Of a DNA stretch of 64,000 nt, positions 1 through 12,843 are shown one piece after another. The notes below the pieces were generated by a model, which was not told the origin of the DNA, did no database searches, and was given only the letters and a program-made list of their open reading frames with translations. Both the position numbers and the translations under genes were made by a program. The first letter of the stretch is position 1. Every line of letters starts with the position of its first letter. The stretch lies in the NCBI GenBank assembly GCA_963789745.1, contig CAWBLW010000010.1, forward strand, positions 69,984 through 133,983, in the 5' to 3' direction. Origin of the DNA: an uncultured Acidobacteriota bacterium. GTDB taxonomy: Bacteria; Acidobacteriota; Thermoanaerobaculia; Thermoanaerobaculales; Thermoanaerobaculaceae.

Positions 1-482
1 AGCGTGCCGACGACCTTGGCGGTCGCCGCGTCGATCGCGGTGGCGTCCTTGCTCCCGCCGTTGAAGGTGAAGACGCGGCGCGACGTCGGCTCGTAGAGGA
101 TCGCGTCGGGGTTGCTGCCGGTCACGGTCACGGTCGCGAGCGGGGCCAGCGTCTTGAGGTCGAACACGGTGACCGTACCGGCGCGGCCGTTGCTGGTGAA
201 CCCCCGCCCGAGCTCCGAAGCGATCGCGACGCCGTGCACGCCGAGCGTGTCCGGGATCTCGCCGACGACGGCGCCGTTGGCGGTGTCCACGACCTGCACC
301 TTGGTCGCGTGCGAAACGTAGAGGCGGTGCGCCGCGGGATCCGCGGTGACGTAGTCCCAAAAGCCCTCGCCGCCGAGCGCGATGGTGCGCGCGAGGCGGT
401 AACCGGCCGGCGCCGGCTGCGCCGCGGCGGCGGCGGCGACGATCAACGAGAGAGAGACGAGTGAAAGGCGGCGATGCATCAT
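1..482 (-). CDS. YncE/YVTN-type beta-propeller repeat protein, N-terminal part (gene runs off the window start)
   Basis: Absent from the ORF track because it has no stop inside the window. The reverse strand is open from ATG at 482 down to position 1: MMHRRLSLVSLSLIVAAAAAAQPAPAGYRLARTIALGGEGFWDYVTADPAAHRLYVSHATKVQVVDTANGAVVGEIPDTLGVHGVAIASELGRGFTSNGRAGTVTVFDLKTL... A signal-peptide-like N-terminus is followed by propeller-blade repeats like those of YncE-family proteins. Confidence 0.6.
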   Translation of the reverse strand, partial: MMHRRLSLVSLSLIVAAAAAAQPAPAGYRLARTIALGGEGFWDYVTADPAAHRLYVSHATKVQVVDTANGAVVGEIPDTLGVHGVAIASELGRGFTSNGRAGTVTVFDLKTLAPLATVTVTGSNPDAILYEPTSRRVFTFNGGSKDATAIDAATAKVVGT

Positions 483-531
483 CGGATTCCCCCCTTCCGA
501 CACCACACGCTGGAGAACATCGGCGGTGTCG

Positions 532-1812
532 TCATTCACTCCTGGGCTTCGTGCTCTTGTCCACAAGGATGGCCGCCCCCGGCGTGAGATCGCGCAGCGC
601 CTTGAACGGCCCGACGATCACGTCTTCGCCTTCCTTGAGGCCGCTCGTGACCTCCACGTCGAGCTCGCCCTTGATGCCGGTGACGACGGGGCGGAACTCG
701 GCCTTTCTGCCGGCCACGACGTAGACCCCCTCGATCTCTCGCGCGCGGGAGGCGACCGACTCCTTCCTGGTCGAGGTGGCGGCCGCGGCGGCATCCGGAG
801 CCGCGGGGACCGGTGTGCCCTTGGCCTCGGGCTGACGCAGCACGAGGGCGCCGATCGGAACCGTCAGCGCGCCGTTCGCGGTTGCGGTCGTAATGTCCGC
901 GGTGACCGTAAGGCCGGGGCGGATCCGCTCAGGGTGTTTCAGCAGGATCACCTTGACGGTGTAATCCGTGCCGGTCGCTGCGCCACCTAGCGCGGAGGTG
1001 CCCTGGATCGGGCTCGATCCGATCTCCGACACCGTGCCGGGGAAGCGCTCGTCGGAGAACGCGTCGATCCTTACGAGCGCGGGCTGCCCGATGCGGAGCT
1101 GCGGCACGTCGGTCTGATCAACCTCGAGGTCGGCCTCGATCGTGGACATGTCGGAGATCGTCATCAGCACGGTCCCCGGGTTGTTCATCGTGCCGGTGAC
1201 GATCACCTCGCCCTTTTCGATGTTACGGCGGGTGACGATCCCGTCCATCGGGGCGCGGATTTCGGTCTTCATGAGGGAATCGGCGGCCGACGCGAGGTCG
1301 GCGCGCGCCTGCTCGACCTGCCGCTTGGCGCGCTGCGTCGACGCCACGGCCTGCTCGTAGGTGCTCCGCGTGTGCTCCCGGTCGGCTTCGGCGAGGATCC
1401 CGTCCTTGAACTGCTGGTTGGCGCGGTCGAGGTCCCGCTTGGCCTGGGCGGTCGCCTCCTGCGAGCGGGTCAGCTCGGACTCGAGCGCCTGCAGGTTGTA
1501 TTTGGCGCTGTTGACCGCGGCGGCGTAGCGGGCCTGGTCGATCACCGCGAGCAGTTCGCCCTTGGTGACGCGGTCGCCCTCCTGCACGTTGAGCTCGGTG
1601 ACCTGCCCCATGATGTTGGCCGAGAGCTCGACCTTCGTTTTGGCCTGTACCGTGCCGTTGGCCGTCACCAGCTGGACGAGGTCCTTGCGGCTCACCTTCG
1701 CGGTGGTGACCAGGATCCCTTTACCTTTACGGCCGGCCACGACGCCCGCCACGACGGCGGCCGCCACGACCACCGCAAGCACTCCGATGATGACCTTCGT
1801 GCGCCGCTTCAT
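532..1812 (-). CDS. efflux transporter periplasmic adaptor subunit (HlyD/MacA-like membrane fusion protein)
   Basis: This is the inner part of ORF 532..2643. ATG at 1812 gives MKRRTKVIIGVLAVVVAAAVV, a single TM anchor. A lipoyl-like segment follows, then a long coiled coil (QARYAAAVNSAKYNLQALESELTRSQEATAQAKRDLDRANQQF) and beta-barrel regions typical of membrane fusion proteins. The upstream part of the ORF is Arg/Ala-rich GC artefact antisense to the next gene. Confidence 0.85.
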   Translation of the reverse strand: MKRRTKVIIGVLAVVVAAAVVAGVVAGRKGKGILVTTAKVSRKDLVQLVTANGTVQAKTKVELSANIMGQVTELNVQEGDRVTKGELLAVIDQARYAAAVNSAKYNLQALESELTRSQEATAQAKRDLDRANQQFKDGILAEADREHTRSTYEQAVASTQRAKRQVEQARADLASAADSLMKTEIRAPMDGIVTRRNIEKGEVIVTGTMNNPGTVLMTISDMSTIEADLEVDQTDVPQLRIGQPALVRIDAFSDERFPGTVSEIGSSPIQGTSALGGAATGTDYTVKVILLKHPERIRPGLTVTADITTATANGALTVPIGALVLRQPEAKGTPVPAAPDAAAAATSTRKESVASRAREIEGVYVVAGRKAEFRPVVTGIKGELDVEVTSGLKEGEDVIVGPFKALRDLTPGAAILVDKSTKPRSE

Positions 1813-1938
1813 TGCACGCTCCTCCATCCTTTTCCCGGCGGGGGTCGGCCGGTGGGCAAGCTCCCGATTCGACGATACTACGTACCGCGGCCGCAAAGGT
1901 TGCCGCGTCGAACCGCCGCAATTGAGTAGTATGCGCGC

Positions 1939-2676
1939 ATGGCGCCCGGCGTTCCAAGCCCCCGCACCGACACCGGCCACCTCGAGCTGGCGGTGGTCGT
2001 CCCGACGCTCGACGAGGAGCGCACGATCCGGGCGTGCTTGATCGCGGTCGGGGACGGCGCGGGGATCGAGACGGTGGTCTCCGACGGCGGCAGTCGCGAC
2101 GCCACCGTCGCCGTCGTGCGCCGGGAGTTCCCGCGGGCCCGCGTGGTCGAGGGCGCCGCGGGGCGCGGCATCCAGCTCAACCTGGGCGCGGCCACCGTCC
2201 GAGCCGAGGCGTACGTCTTCGTCCACGCCGACTGCCGCCTGCCGGAGGGGTGGGCGGCGGCGGTGGGCGCCGCGCTCGCCGACCCGGGCGTGGCGCTCGG
2301 CTGCTTTCGCCTGCACACGGAGCCGGCCGAGGGGGGCGGGGTCGGCCCCGTGGGGCGCTGGTGGTGGCGCCTGCTCGACCTGCGCAGCCGCGGCCTGGGC
2401 CTGCCGTACGGCGACCAGGCGCTGTTCGTGCGGCGGGAGGTGCTCGATGCGGTTGGCGGCTTTCCCGTGATCCCGTTGATGGAGGACGTCGAGTTCGTCC
2501 GCCGCTGTCTGCAGTACGGCCGCCTGGCGCGTCTGCCCCTGGCCGTCCGGACGACGGCGCGGCGCTTCGCCCGCCGCCCGCTGCGGGCGCGGCTGTGCAC
2601 GGCGACGTTTCCGCTCCTCTACCGGCTCGGCGTCAGCCCGCACCGCCTCGCCCGTTGGTACGGAGACGTGCGGTGA
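1939..2676 (+). CDS. family-2 glycosyltransferase of the 'rSAM/selenodomain-associated transferase 2' / arsenosugar-biosynthesis type
   Basis: 245 aa. It has a GT-A fold start (LAVVVPTLDEERTIRACL), then SDGGSRD, FVHADCRLP and a C-terminal RTTARRF...RLARWYG segment. This resembles the TIGR04283-type family as I recall it. Confidence 0.75.
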   Translation: MAPGVPSPRTDTGHLELAVVVPTLDEERTIRACLIAVGDGAGIETVVSDGGSRDATVAVVRREFPRARVVEGAAGRGIQLNLGAATVRAEAYVFVHADCRLPEGWAAAVGAALADPGVALGCFRLHTEPAEGGGVGPVGRWWWRLLDLRSRGLGLPYGDQALFVRREVLDAVGGFPVIPLMEDVEFVRRCLQYGRLARLPLAVRTTARRFARRPLRARLCTATFPLLYRLGVSPHRLARWYGDVR

Positions 2677-3320
2677 GGACCGACGTCGTCGTGTTCGGGC
2701 GGGCGCCGGAGGCGGGCCGGGTCAAGACGCGCCTGGCGGCGGCGCTCGGCGACGCGGCCGCGGCCGAAGCCTACCGGGCGGTTCTCGAGCACACCCTGCG
2801 CGAGGCGGTCGCCTCGGGGTTTTCGGTGGCGCTCGCGCTCGCCGAACCCGCTGGCCCCGGTGCGGCGTGGGCGCCGCCGCCGGGGGTCGGGGTCGAGCTG
2901 CAGCCGGCCGGGGACCTCGGCGTGCGGATGGCGGCTGCGTTCGCGGCGCACTTCGCCTCCGGCGCCGGGATCGTGGTGCTGGTGGGCTCGGACATCCCCC
3001 GTCTCGACGCCGGGGTGCTCCGGCGCGCGGCCCAGGCGTGTGGCCGCACGCCGGTCGTGCTCGGCCCCGCCGTGGACGGCGGCTACGTGCTCGTCGCACA
3101 GCGGGCGCCCGGCGTCGCGATGTTCGCCGGCGTCCCATGGTCGTCGCCTGGCACGCTGGCGGCGACGCGCGCGCGCCTGGGGAGGCTCGGCGTCAGCCAC
3201 GAGGAACTCGAAGCCCTCCGCGACATCGACACCGGCGACGACCTGGGCGCGGCGCTGGCCGATCCGGCGCTGGCCGGCGGACTGCGGCGCAGGCTCGAGG
3301 CGATCGTGCGGACGGTGCGG

Positions 3321-3332
<12 letters not shown>
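2673..3332 (+). CDS. DUF2064-type glycosyltransferase ('rSAM/selenodomain-associated transferase 1' / arsenosugar-biosynthesis type)
   Basis: GTG at 2673 overlaps the preceding TGA (GTGA). The product begins VRTDVVVFGRAPEAGRVKTRLAAALGDAAAAEAYRAVLEHTL and contains VLVGSDIPRLD and GPAVDGGYVLV, a CofC/MobA-like nucleotidyltransferase fold typical of DUF2064. The upstream part of ORF 2034..3332 is GC artefact. Confidence 0.75.
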
Positions 3333-5985
<2,653 letters not shown>

Positions 5986-6005
<20 letters not shown>

Positions 6006-7098
6006 TCTTGATCCCGGCGGGTGCGCCGACGAGGACGCCGGGCGCGTCCGCGATCGGGTAGCGTCCCGTGATGAGACGGTGCACGGCCCCGGGCCAGCGC
6101 GCCACAAACGCCGCGAGGTCCGCGATCGCGTTCTCGTACGCCCCCCGGCCCGCGTTGACCGTGCCGAACACGACCTGGTTCTTGAGCACCAGGTTGCGCA
6201 TGATGAGGTCGGTGTCGAGCTCGACCGGCCCCTTGCGTCCCGGCACGCCGGTGAAGACGAATACGCCGTTGGTGCCGAGCACCTCCATCAACTCGAACGC
6301 CACCAGGGACGCGCCGGTCGCCTCATAGACGAGGTCGATGTTGCCGACCGCCGCGGCGAGTTGGGCGAGGGTGTGATCCTCGGCGGCGAGGTAGGTGGCG
6401 CCGATCGCACCGACGAGGCCGGCCTTGTCGTGCGGCCCCGAGGCGCGTGAGTACACCGTCGTCGTGAAGCCGGCGTTGACCAGCACCATCGCGCCGAGCA
6501 GTCCCACCGGGCCCGCTCCGAGCACGACCGCCCGCAGCCCGTGCCCCGGCCCGGCGCCGGGCCGCCCCGGGGAGACCCAGGGAAGGCGCTGCTGGACCTG
6601 CCACACCTGCGTGATCGCCTTCTCGGCGATGGTCAGAGGCTCGGTCAGCACCGCCACGTCGCGCAGCGCCCCCGGCACAACGTTCATGTAGCGCTCGTCG
6701 TCGACCACTTGTTCGGTCATGAAGCCGTGCGCGCCGGAGATGCCGCGTTCGGTGAAGTCGCCGGTGTAGCAGAAGTCCTGGCGGCCGGCGCGGCACGCGA
6801 CGCACTCCGGGTGCGGGCACGGCCGCCGCACCATCGGGACCGCGAGGTCCCCGGGCTTGACGCGGGTCACTGCGGCGCCGACCTCGACGACCTCGCCCAG
6901 CGACTCGTGGCCGATCACGAGGTAGGGCGAGCCCGCCGGCGGGGTGCCGTACTGGAACGTCACGATCTCGCGGTCGGTGCCGCAAACGCCGACCTCGAGC
7001 ATCCGCAACCGGACGCTGGTGGGCGATGTGAGGACGGGCTCCGGGTGATCGACCACGCGGACCCGGCGTTCGGCGGGAAAGACGGCAACGGCTTTCAT
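5986..7098 (-). CDS. zinc-dependent glucose 1-dehydrogenase-like medium-chain dehydrogenase
   Basis: ATG at 7098 gives MKAVAVFPAERRVRVVDHPEP...EVGVCGTDREIV...LVIGHESLGEVVEVG...CPHPECVACRAGRQDFC (catalytic and structural Zn sites) and GAGPVGLLGAMV (Rossmann fold). The rest of the 1030-aa ORF is artefact. Confidence 0.85.
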
Positions 7099-7219
7099 CT
7101 CTGGCTTCCCTTCTGTTGGACGGTTCGAGTCTAGCGCCGCTCGCGCCGCGCATGAACGGTCGGCGCTGGTTCTCGCGGCGGCGCCGTACCCCACCTGCAA
7201 CACAGCCGGCGGCCGGCTC

Positions 7220-7235
7220 GTTCCCGCCCGGGAAC
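7220..7235. promoter_or_regulatory. 16-bp palindrome GTTCCCG-cc-CGGGAAC in a divergent promoter region (candidate operator)
   Basis: A perfect 7+2+7 inverted repeat sits in the 228-nt region between the divergent dehydrogenase start (7098) and photolyase start (7327). I know of no matching regulator motif. Confidence 0.2.
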
Positions 7236-7326
7236 GTGAGTAGACTGAACGGATGGTCGGACGTTCTCCGATTGCGCGGCGCGGCCTTCGCGCGGGGGCG
7301 GGATCCTGAGCGTTCCCGAGGTCCGC

Positions 7327-8805
7327 GTGCGCGCGTGCAACGAGCGGCCGGTGCGGCCGGACGGAGCGTACGTCCTCTACTGGATGACGGCGTTCCGCCG
7401 CACGGGGTGGAACTTCGCCCTGCAGCGGGCCGTGGAGAACGCCCGCTCGCTCGGCAAGCCGCTGGTCGTGCTCGAGGGGTTGCGGTGCGGTTACCGCTGG
7501 GCCTCGGACCGCCTGCACGCCTTCGTGATCCAGGGGATGACCGACAACGCGCGGGCGCTGCAGGGTGCGGCCGTCACCTACGTGCCCTACGTCGAGCCGA
7601 ACCCCGGGGCCGGGCGCGGCCTGCTGGAGGCGCTGGCCGCGCGGGCGTGCGTCGTCGTCGCCGACGACGCGCCCGTGTTCTTCCTGCCGCGCGCCCTCGC
7701 GGCGGCGGCGCGGATCCCGATCCGGCTCGAAGCCGTCGACTCCAACGGTTTGCTGCCGCTCGCCGCGACCGAGCGGGTCTTCCCGACCGCATTCGCGTTC
7801 CGGCGCTTCCTCCAGGCCGTGCTGGCGGCGCACCTCGAGCGGCTGCCCGACCCCGACCCGCTCGCGGGCGCCGCCCTGCCGCGGCTCGCCGCCCTCCCCG
7901 AGGAGGTCGCGCGGCGCTGGCCCCCCGCGTCGCCGGCGCTGCTCGCGGGAGAACCGGCCGCGCTCGCGGCGCTTCCCGTGGACCACGGGGTGGCGCCCGT
8001 GCCTGGGGTGCGCGGCGGCTCGTCGGCGAGCCGGAACATGCTCGCACGCTTCGTGGCCGAGCGCCTCGACCTCTACCCTGGAACGCGCAACCACCCCGAC
8101 GACGACGGCGGCAGCGGGCTCTCGCCCTACCTCCACTTTGGCCACCTCTCGGCCCACGAGGCGTTCGCCGCGGTGGCGGCGCAGGAGGGGTGGACGCACG
8201 AGCGCCTGGCGGCGAAGGCCTCCGGGCGACGCGCCGGGTGGTGGGGGATGGGCGAGGGGGCGGAGGCGTTCGTCGACCAGCTCGTGACCTGGCGCGAGCT
8301 GGGCTTCAACTTCGCCGCCCACCGCGACGACGCCGAACGCTTCGAGGCGCTGCCCGCGTGGGCGTTGGCGACGCTCGCCAAGCACGCCGCCGACCCGCGG
8401 CCGCACCTCTACTCGCTCGAACAGCTCGAACGGGCCGAGACGCACGACCCGCTCTGGAACGCCTGCCAGACCCAGCTCGTGCGCGAGGGCACGATGCACA
8501 ACTACCTCCGGATGCTCTGGGGCAAGAAGGTGCTCGAGTGGTCGCCGTCGCCGCCGGCGGCGCTCGCGGCGCTGCTCGAGCTCAACAACCGCTGGGCGCT
8601 CGACGGGCGCGACCCGAACTCGACCTCCGGGATCTTCTGGTGCCTCGGGCGGTACGATCGCCCCTGGGGCCCTGAGCGTCCGGTGTTCGGCACCGTCCGC
8701 TACATGTCGTCCGCGAACGCGGCGCGCAAGCTCCGCGTCAAGCGCTACCTCGCCCGTTACGCGAGCGGGCCGTGCGGCGCCGCGGGTGCAGGCTATCCTG
8801 ATTGA
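7327..8805 (+). CDS. phr: class II CPD deoxyribodipyrimidine photolyase
   Basis: 492 aa, starting at GTG. The C-terminal signature LWGKKVLEWSPSP...LNNRWALDGRDPNSTSGIFWCLGRYDRPWGPERPVFGTVRYMS is characteristic of class II photolyases. The N-terminal alpha/beta domain begins YVLYWMTAFRRTGWNFAL. Confidence 0.85.
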   Translation: MRACNERPVRPDGAYVLYWMTAFRRTGWNFALQRAVENARSLGKPLVVLEGLRCGYRWASDRLHAFVIQGMTDNARALQGAAVTYVPYVEPNPGAGRGLLEALAARACVVVADDAPVFFLPRALAAAARIPIRLEAVDSNGLLPLAATERVFPTAFAFRRFLQAVLAAHLERLPDPDPLAGAALPRLAALPEEVARRWPPASPALLAGEPAALAALPVDHGVAPVPGVRGGSSASRNMLARFVAERLDLYPGTRNHPDDDGGSGLSPYLHFGHLSAHEAFAAVAAQEGWTHERLAAKASGRRAGWWGMGEGAEAFVDQLVTWRELGFNFAAHRDDAERFEALPAWALATLAKHAADPRPHLYSLEQLERAETHDPLWNACQTQLVREGTMHNYLRMLWGKKVLEWSPSPPAALAALLELNNRWALDGRDPNSTSGIFWCLGRYDRPWGPERPVFGTVRYMSSANAARKLRVKRYLARYASGPCGAAGAGYPD

Positions 8806-8836
8806 GCGCGCGCCCCGCGCCGCGCCGGGGAGAACG

Positions 8837-9451
8837 ATGACCGACGACCGCCTGCAGCGCCAGCTACGCTTCATCATGGAGATCGACAAGCTCAAAGGCG
8901 TGCTGCGCCGCTCGTACCTCGTGGGGGCCGACCGGCGCGAGAACTCCGCCGAGCACTCCTGGCACGTGGCGGTGATGGCGGTGGTGCTGGCGGAGCACGC
9001 CGGCGCTCCGGTGAACGTGGGGCGGGTCGTCACGATGCTCCTGGTGCACGACATCGTCGAGGTGGACGCGGGCGACACCTACGTGTACGACCCGGCGGGC
9101 GGGGCCGACAAGGCCGAGCGCGAACGGCTCGCCGCAGACCGCCTCTTCGGGCTCCTGCCGCCCGACCAGGGGGCCGAGCTGCGGGAGCTGTGGGAGGAGT
9201 TCGAGGCAGCGACCACCGCCGACGCGCGCTTCGCCGCCGCCCTCGACCGGTTGATGCCCGTGCTGCACAACGTCCACACCGGCGGGCGGTCGTGGCGCGA
9301 GCACGGCATCACCGCGGACCAGGTGATCGCCCGCAACAGCCGCATGGCCGAGGGCTCGGAGGAACTCTGGCGCCACGCCCGCGCGTTGATCGAGGCGGCG
9401 GTGGCGGAGGGGAGCCTGGCGACGCCGGCGGAGGCGAACCCCGCGACGTGA
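8837..9451 (+). CDS. HD-domain phosphohydrolase (YfbR-like 5'-deoxynucleotidase family)
   Basis: ATG at 8837 gives MTDDRLQRQLRFIMEIDKLKGVLRRSY...ENSAEHSWHVAVMAVVL...LVHDIVEVDAGD (H...HD...D metal ligands). Confidence 0.8.
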   Translation: MTDDRLQRQLRFIMEIDKLKGVLRRSYLVGADRRENSAEHSWHVAVMAVVLAEHAGAPVNVGRVVTMLLVHDIVEVDAGDTYVYDPAGGADKAERERLAADRLFGLLPPDQGAELRELWEEFEAATTADARFAAALDRLMPVLHNVHTGGRSWREHGITADQVIARNSRMAEGSEELWRHARALIEAAVAEGSLATPAEANPAT

Positions 9452-9519
9452 TTCGCGGCGGTCGCGGCGGCATTGACAGGCCCCCCGCCGCCGTGCTCGC
9501 ATGCCGCAGGGGACGCCAC

Positions 9520-12500
9520 GTGAACGAGGAGAGCCGCGCCCGCTCGGGCGGGCGCATCAAGGTGGCCCGCGGCGCACGCGCCGTCGAGACGCTGGTGCTG
9601 GCCGACATCGAGGCGCTGCTGGCCGAGGCGGAGGCCGACCCCCGCCTGCTGGCGCGACCGGTGGTGGTCGTGGTCCCCTCGCGCTCGCTCCGCCTCCACC
9701 TGGCGGCCGCCGTTGTGGCTGCGCGCGGGCGGTCCGCGGCGGGGGTCGAGATCCTCACCCTGCACGGCCTCGCCGCCGACGTGGCGGCGCGCTGTGGCGA
9801 GCGCCGCCGGCCCGGGCGGCTGCTCTTCGGCGTTCTCGCCGGCCGCTTCGCGCGGCGCGAGCCCGCGCTGGCGCCGCTCGCTTCCGGGTTCGAGGACGGC
9901 GAACTCTCGGTCGTGGCGACGGTGCGCGACCTCCTCGACGCCGGCTTCGCGCCGGAAGGCGCCGAGGCGCTCGGCGACGTACTGGCCGGGCACGCCGACT
10001 CCGACGAGCGGACGCGCGCCGCGGCCCTCGTCCGCATCGCCGCCGGCGTCGCGCTCGCCCTCGACGCGGGCGGGTTCGACCTCCCCGGCGACCTGCTGCG
10101 GCGCGCCGCCCTCCTGATCGCGGAGGAGCCGACCCGAGCGCTGCCCGCGCGTGCCGTGCTGGTGCACGGCTTCGCCGACGCCACCGGCGTCGCGACCGAT
10201 CTGGTCCAGGCGCTGGTGCGGCACTGCGGCGCCGACGTCTACCTCGACGAGCCGCCCGACCCGGCCGAGCCGTCTCGCCCCGATCCCGGCGTCGCGTTCG
10301 GCCGGCGGCTCGCGGAGCGGCTGGAGGGCGCGGCGCCGGTGGAGCGGGACGAAGTCGTGCCGGCGCCGCCGCGCCTCGACCTGTTCGCCGCGCCGGGCGG
10401 GGAGGCGGAAGTGCGCGAGGTGGCGCGCCGGGTTCGCGCGCTGCTCGACGCCGGCGTGGCGCCGGAGCGGATCGGGGTGGTGGCGCGCGAGCTGGCGCCG
10501 TACGCGCGGCCGGTCCACCGCCACTTCGGCCGCCTGGGTGTCCCCTTCGCCATGCTCGACGGCCCGGGATCGGCCGACGCCGGGGCGCGCCGCGCCCGCG
10601 CCCTCGCCGAGTTGCTGCGGCGTCAGGCCGCGGCGTCGGCGGAGAGCTGGCTGGCCGCCGCCGGCGAGGACGGGGAGTACGACCTGCGGTTGGCGCTGCA
10701 CGCCTGCGGGGCGGCGCGCGTCCGCGACGTCGCCGCGCTCGACGCGGCGGCGGTCCTCGACGAGCGCGACGGCCTGCCGCTACCGGCGCGCACCGGCCTG
10801 GCGACGAGGGCCGCAGACGCGGATGCGGCCGTCGAGGACGAGGGAACGGACCGACCGGACGACGACGGCGGCGAGGTGGACGAGATCGCCGTCGCCCCCC
10901 GCCGCCGCCTCCGCGGCGTGCGGCTGCGCCGGGCGGTGGCGCGGGCCGCGGCGCTCGCGGCGCGGTTCGACGAATGGCCCCAGGAGGCGACGCTCGCCGC
11001 GCACGTGCGGCGACTGCGCCGCATGCTCGCGGACGACCTCGCCTTGCGCGACAAAACGCCCGAAGCGGCGGCGGTGACCGGCGTCGTGGCGGAGGTGGCA
11101 GGCGAGCTGCCCGACGGGTTTCGGCTCGCCCGCGACGAGTTCCTCCTGCTGCTGCGCCGCGCCCTGGCGGCGGTCGGCGGCGCACCGCTCGGCGGCCCCG
11201 GCGCCGGCGTGCAGGTGCTCTCGGTGACCGCGGCGCGGGCGCGCACGTTCGCGCACCTGTTCGTCGTCGGCCTCAACCGCGACGCGTTTCCCCGCCAGGT
11301 GCGCGAGGACCCGCTCCTACCCGACCGCGTGCGGCAGCCTCTCGCGGCGCTGCTGCCCGACATCCCGATCAAGCGCGGCGGCCTCGACGAGGAGCGCTTC
11401 CTCTTCGCCGAGCTGATCTCCGCCGCGGCGGAGGTGACGCTCTCGTGGCAGGCCTGCGACGACGACGGCCGGGCCCGGCCGGCCTCGCCGCTGGTGGAGC
11501 GGCTGCGCCTCGGCGCCGGCCTCGGCGAGCCGCGGGTCGCCCCGCCGGCGATCGCCGTGGAACCGGGCGGCGACCTCCGGCCGGCGCACGAGCACGCGGT
11601 GCTGGCGGGGGTGCACGCGCCGCGCGCCGCGTTCGCCGAGGCGTTCGCGCTCGCGTGCGGCGAGGCCGGCGACGAGACCCTGTCCGCCGGACGCCTGGCC
11701 GTGCTCGACGAGCTCGACCCGGAGCGCGGCACGGCGGCGGGACGGGCGAGGGCGCGCGAGCTGGGGCCGTACTTCGGATTCGTCGGGCCGGCGCTGGCAG
11801 CGGCCGACCCCCGCCGCCGCGGCCTCGCGGTCACCACGGCGGAGCAGGCGGCGGCTTGCCCGTGGCAGGCGTTCCTGCGGCGCCTGCTGCACCTCGAGCC
11901 TTCGCCCGACGCGCTCGCGGCGCCGCCCGGGGTGGAGGGTGCGGTCGTCGGGACGGCGGTGCACCGCGTGCTGGAGGGGATCGTTCGCGCGGCGATCCCG
12001 GCCGCGCCGGAGACGCTCGCCGAGGCGCTCGCCGCGCCAGGGGCGGCGGTGGCGTGGCCCGACGACGGTGCGCTGCAGGCGCTCGTCGGCGAGGTCTGTG
12101 CGCGACTTGCCCGCGAGAGTGGCCTCGCGCTCCCCGGCCTCGACCGAGTGCTGGCGCGGCAGGCGGCGCCGCTGCTCGAGTCGGCGCGCCGGCTTGCCTG
12201 GCCCGAGGCCGGCCCGGCGTCGGTCGCCGGGGCGGAGGTCAGCGGCGCGTTGGCGTTCGAGGGGCCGGAAGGGGAGCGCTCGCTCGCCTTTCGGGTCGAC
12301 CGCGTCGACGTCGCGGACGGCCGCGCCGTGCTGACCGACTTCAAGACCGGCGCGCCGATCGCGGAGGGCAAGCAGGAAGCGACCCGCCGCCGCCACCTGC
12401 TGCAGGCGGTGCGTCGCGGCTCGGCGCTGCAGGTCGCGGCGTACGCGCTGGCGGGCGGCGGCGGCGCCGAAGGGCGCTACCTGTTCCTGCGCCCCCAGCT

Positions 12501-12843
12501 CGATCCCGAGGTTGCGGCGGCGGTCGTGAGAGCGGACGACGGCGAGGTCGCGGCGGCGTTCGCGGCGGCGGCCGGAGCGGTGGCGAGCGCGTGGGAGCGC
12601 GGCGCGTTCTTCCCCCGTCTCGAGGAGCCGAACGGGGGCGACGAGCCGCGACGCTGCGCGAGTTGCGAGGTGCGCGACGCGTGCCTGCGGGGCGACAGCG
12701 GGTCCCGTCGGCGCCTGGCGTCGTGGGCGGCCGCGAACGCCGACGCGGACGGCCTCTCCGACACCGAGGCGGCGCTGCTCGCGGTCTGGCGCCTGCACGA
12801 GAAGGCGGCCGGCCAAGCGGCCTCCGCGGACGGCGGACGGTGA
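9520..12843 (+). CDS. addB: AddB-type helicase-nuclease subunit B (PD-(D/E)XK nuclease with iron-sulfur staple)
   Basis: GTG at 9520 is preceded by AGGGGA; GTG at 9493 is an alternative. The C-terminal RecB-like nuclease carries VLTDFKTG and the C-x2-C-x5-C cluster CASCEVRDAC, plus an upstream Cys (AACPWQAF). That arrangement matches AddB Fe-S nuclease domains. Confidence 0.75.
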   Translation: MNEESRARSGGRIKVARGARAVETLVLADIEALLAEAEADPRLLARPVVVVVPSRSLRLHLAAAVVAARGRSAAGVEILTLHGLAADVAARCGERRRPGRLLFGVLAGRFARREPALAPLASGFEDGELSVVATVRDLLDAGFAPEGAEALGDVLAGHADSDERTRAAALVRIAAGVALALDAGGFDLPGDLLRRAALLIAEEPTRALPARAVLVHGFADATGVATDLVQALVRHCGADVYLDEPPDPAEPSRPDPGVAFGRRLAERLEGAAPVERDEVVPAPPRLDLFAAPGGEAEVREVARRVRALLDAGVAPERIGVVARELAPYARPVHRHFGRLGVPFAMLDGPGSADAGARRARALAELLRRQAAASAESWLAAAGEDGEYDLRLALHACGAARVRDVAALDAAAVLDERDGLPLPARTGLATRAADADAAVEDEGTDRPDDDGGEVDEIAVAPRRRLRGVRLRRAVARAAALAARFDEWPQEATLAAHVRRLRRMLADDLALRDKTPEAAAVTGVVAEVAGELPDGFRLARDEFLLLLRRALAAVGGAPLGGPGAGVQVLSVTAARARTFAHLFVVGLNRDAFPRQVREDPLLPDRVRQPLAALLPDIPIKRGGLDEERFLFAELISAAAEVTLSWQACDDDGRARPASPLVERLRLGAGLGEPRVAPPAIAVEPGGDLRPAHEHAVLAGVHAPRAAFAEAFALACGEAGDETLSAGRLAVLDELDPERGTAAGRARARELGPYFGFVGPALAAADPRRRGLAVTTAEQAAACPWQAFLRRLLHLEPSPDALAAPPGVEGAVVGTAVHRVLEGIVRAAIPAAPETLAEALAAPGAAVAWPDDGALQALVGEVCARLARESGLALPGLDRVLARQAAPLLESARRLAWPEAGPASVAGAEVSGALAFEGPEGERSLAFRVDRVDVADGRAVLTDFKTGAPIAEGKQEATRRRHLLQAVRRGSALQVAAYALAGGGGAEGRYLFLRPQLDPEVAAAVVRADDGEVAAAFAAAAGAVASAWERGAFFPRLEEPNGGDEPRRCASCEVRDACLRGDSGSRRRLASWAAANADADGLSDTEAALLAVWRLHEKAAGQAASADGGR

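Noticed and set aside
7122-7131. GGTTCGAGTC, a sequence resembling a tRNA T-arm.
   Set aside because: The flanks provide no matching acceptor, D or anticodon stems. It lies in the 5' leader just upstream of the dehydrogenase start. No tRNA is supported.
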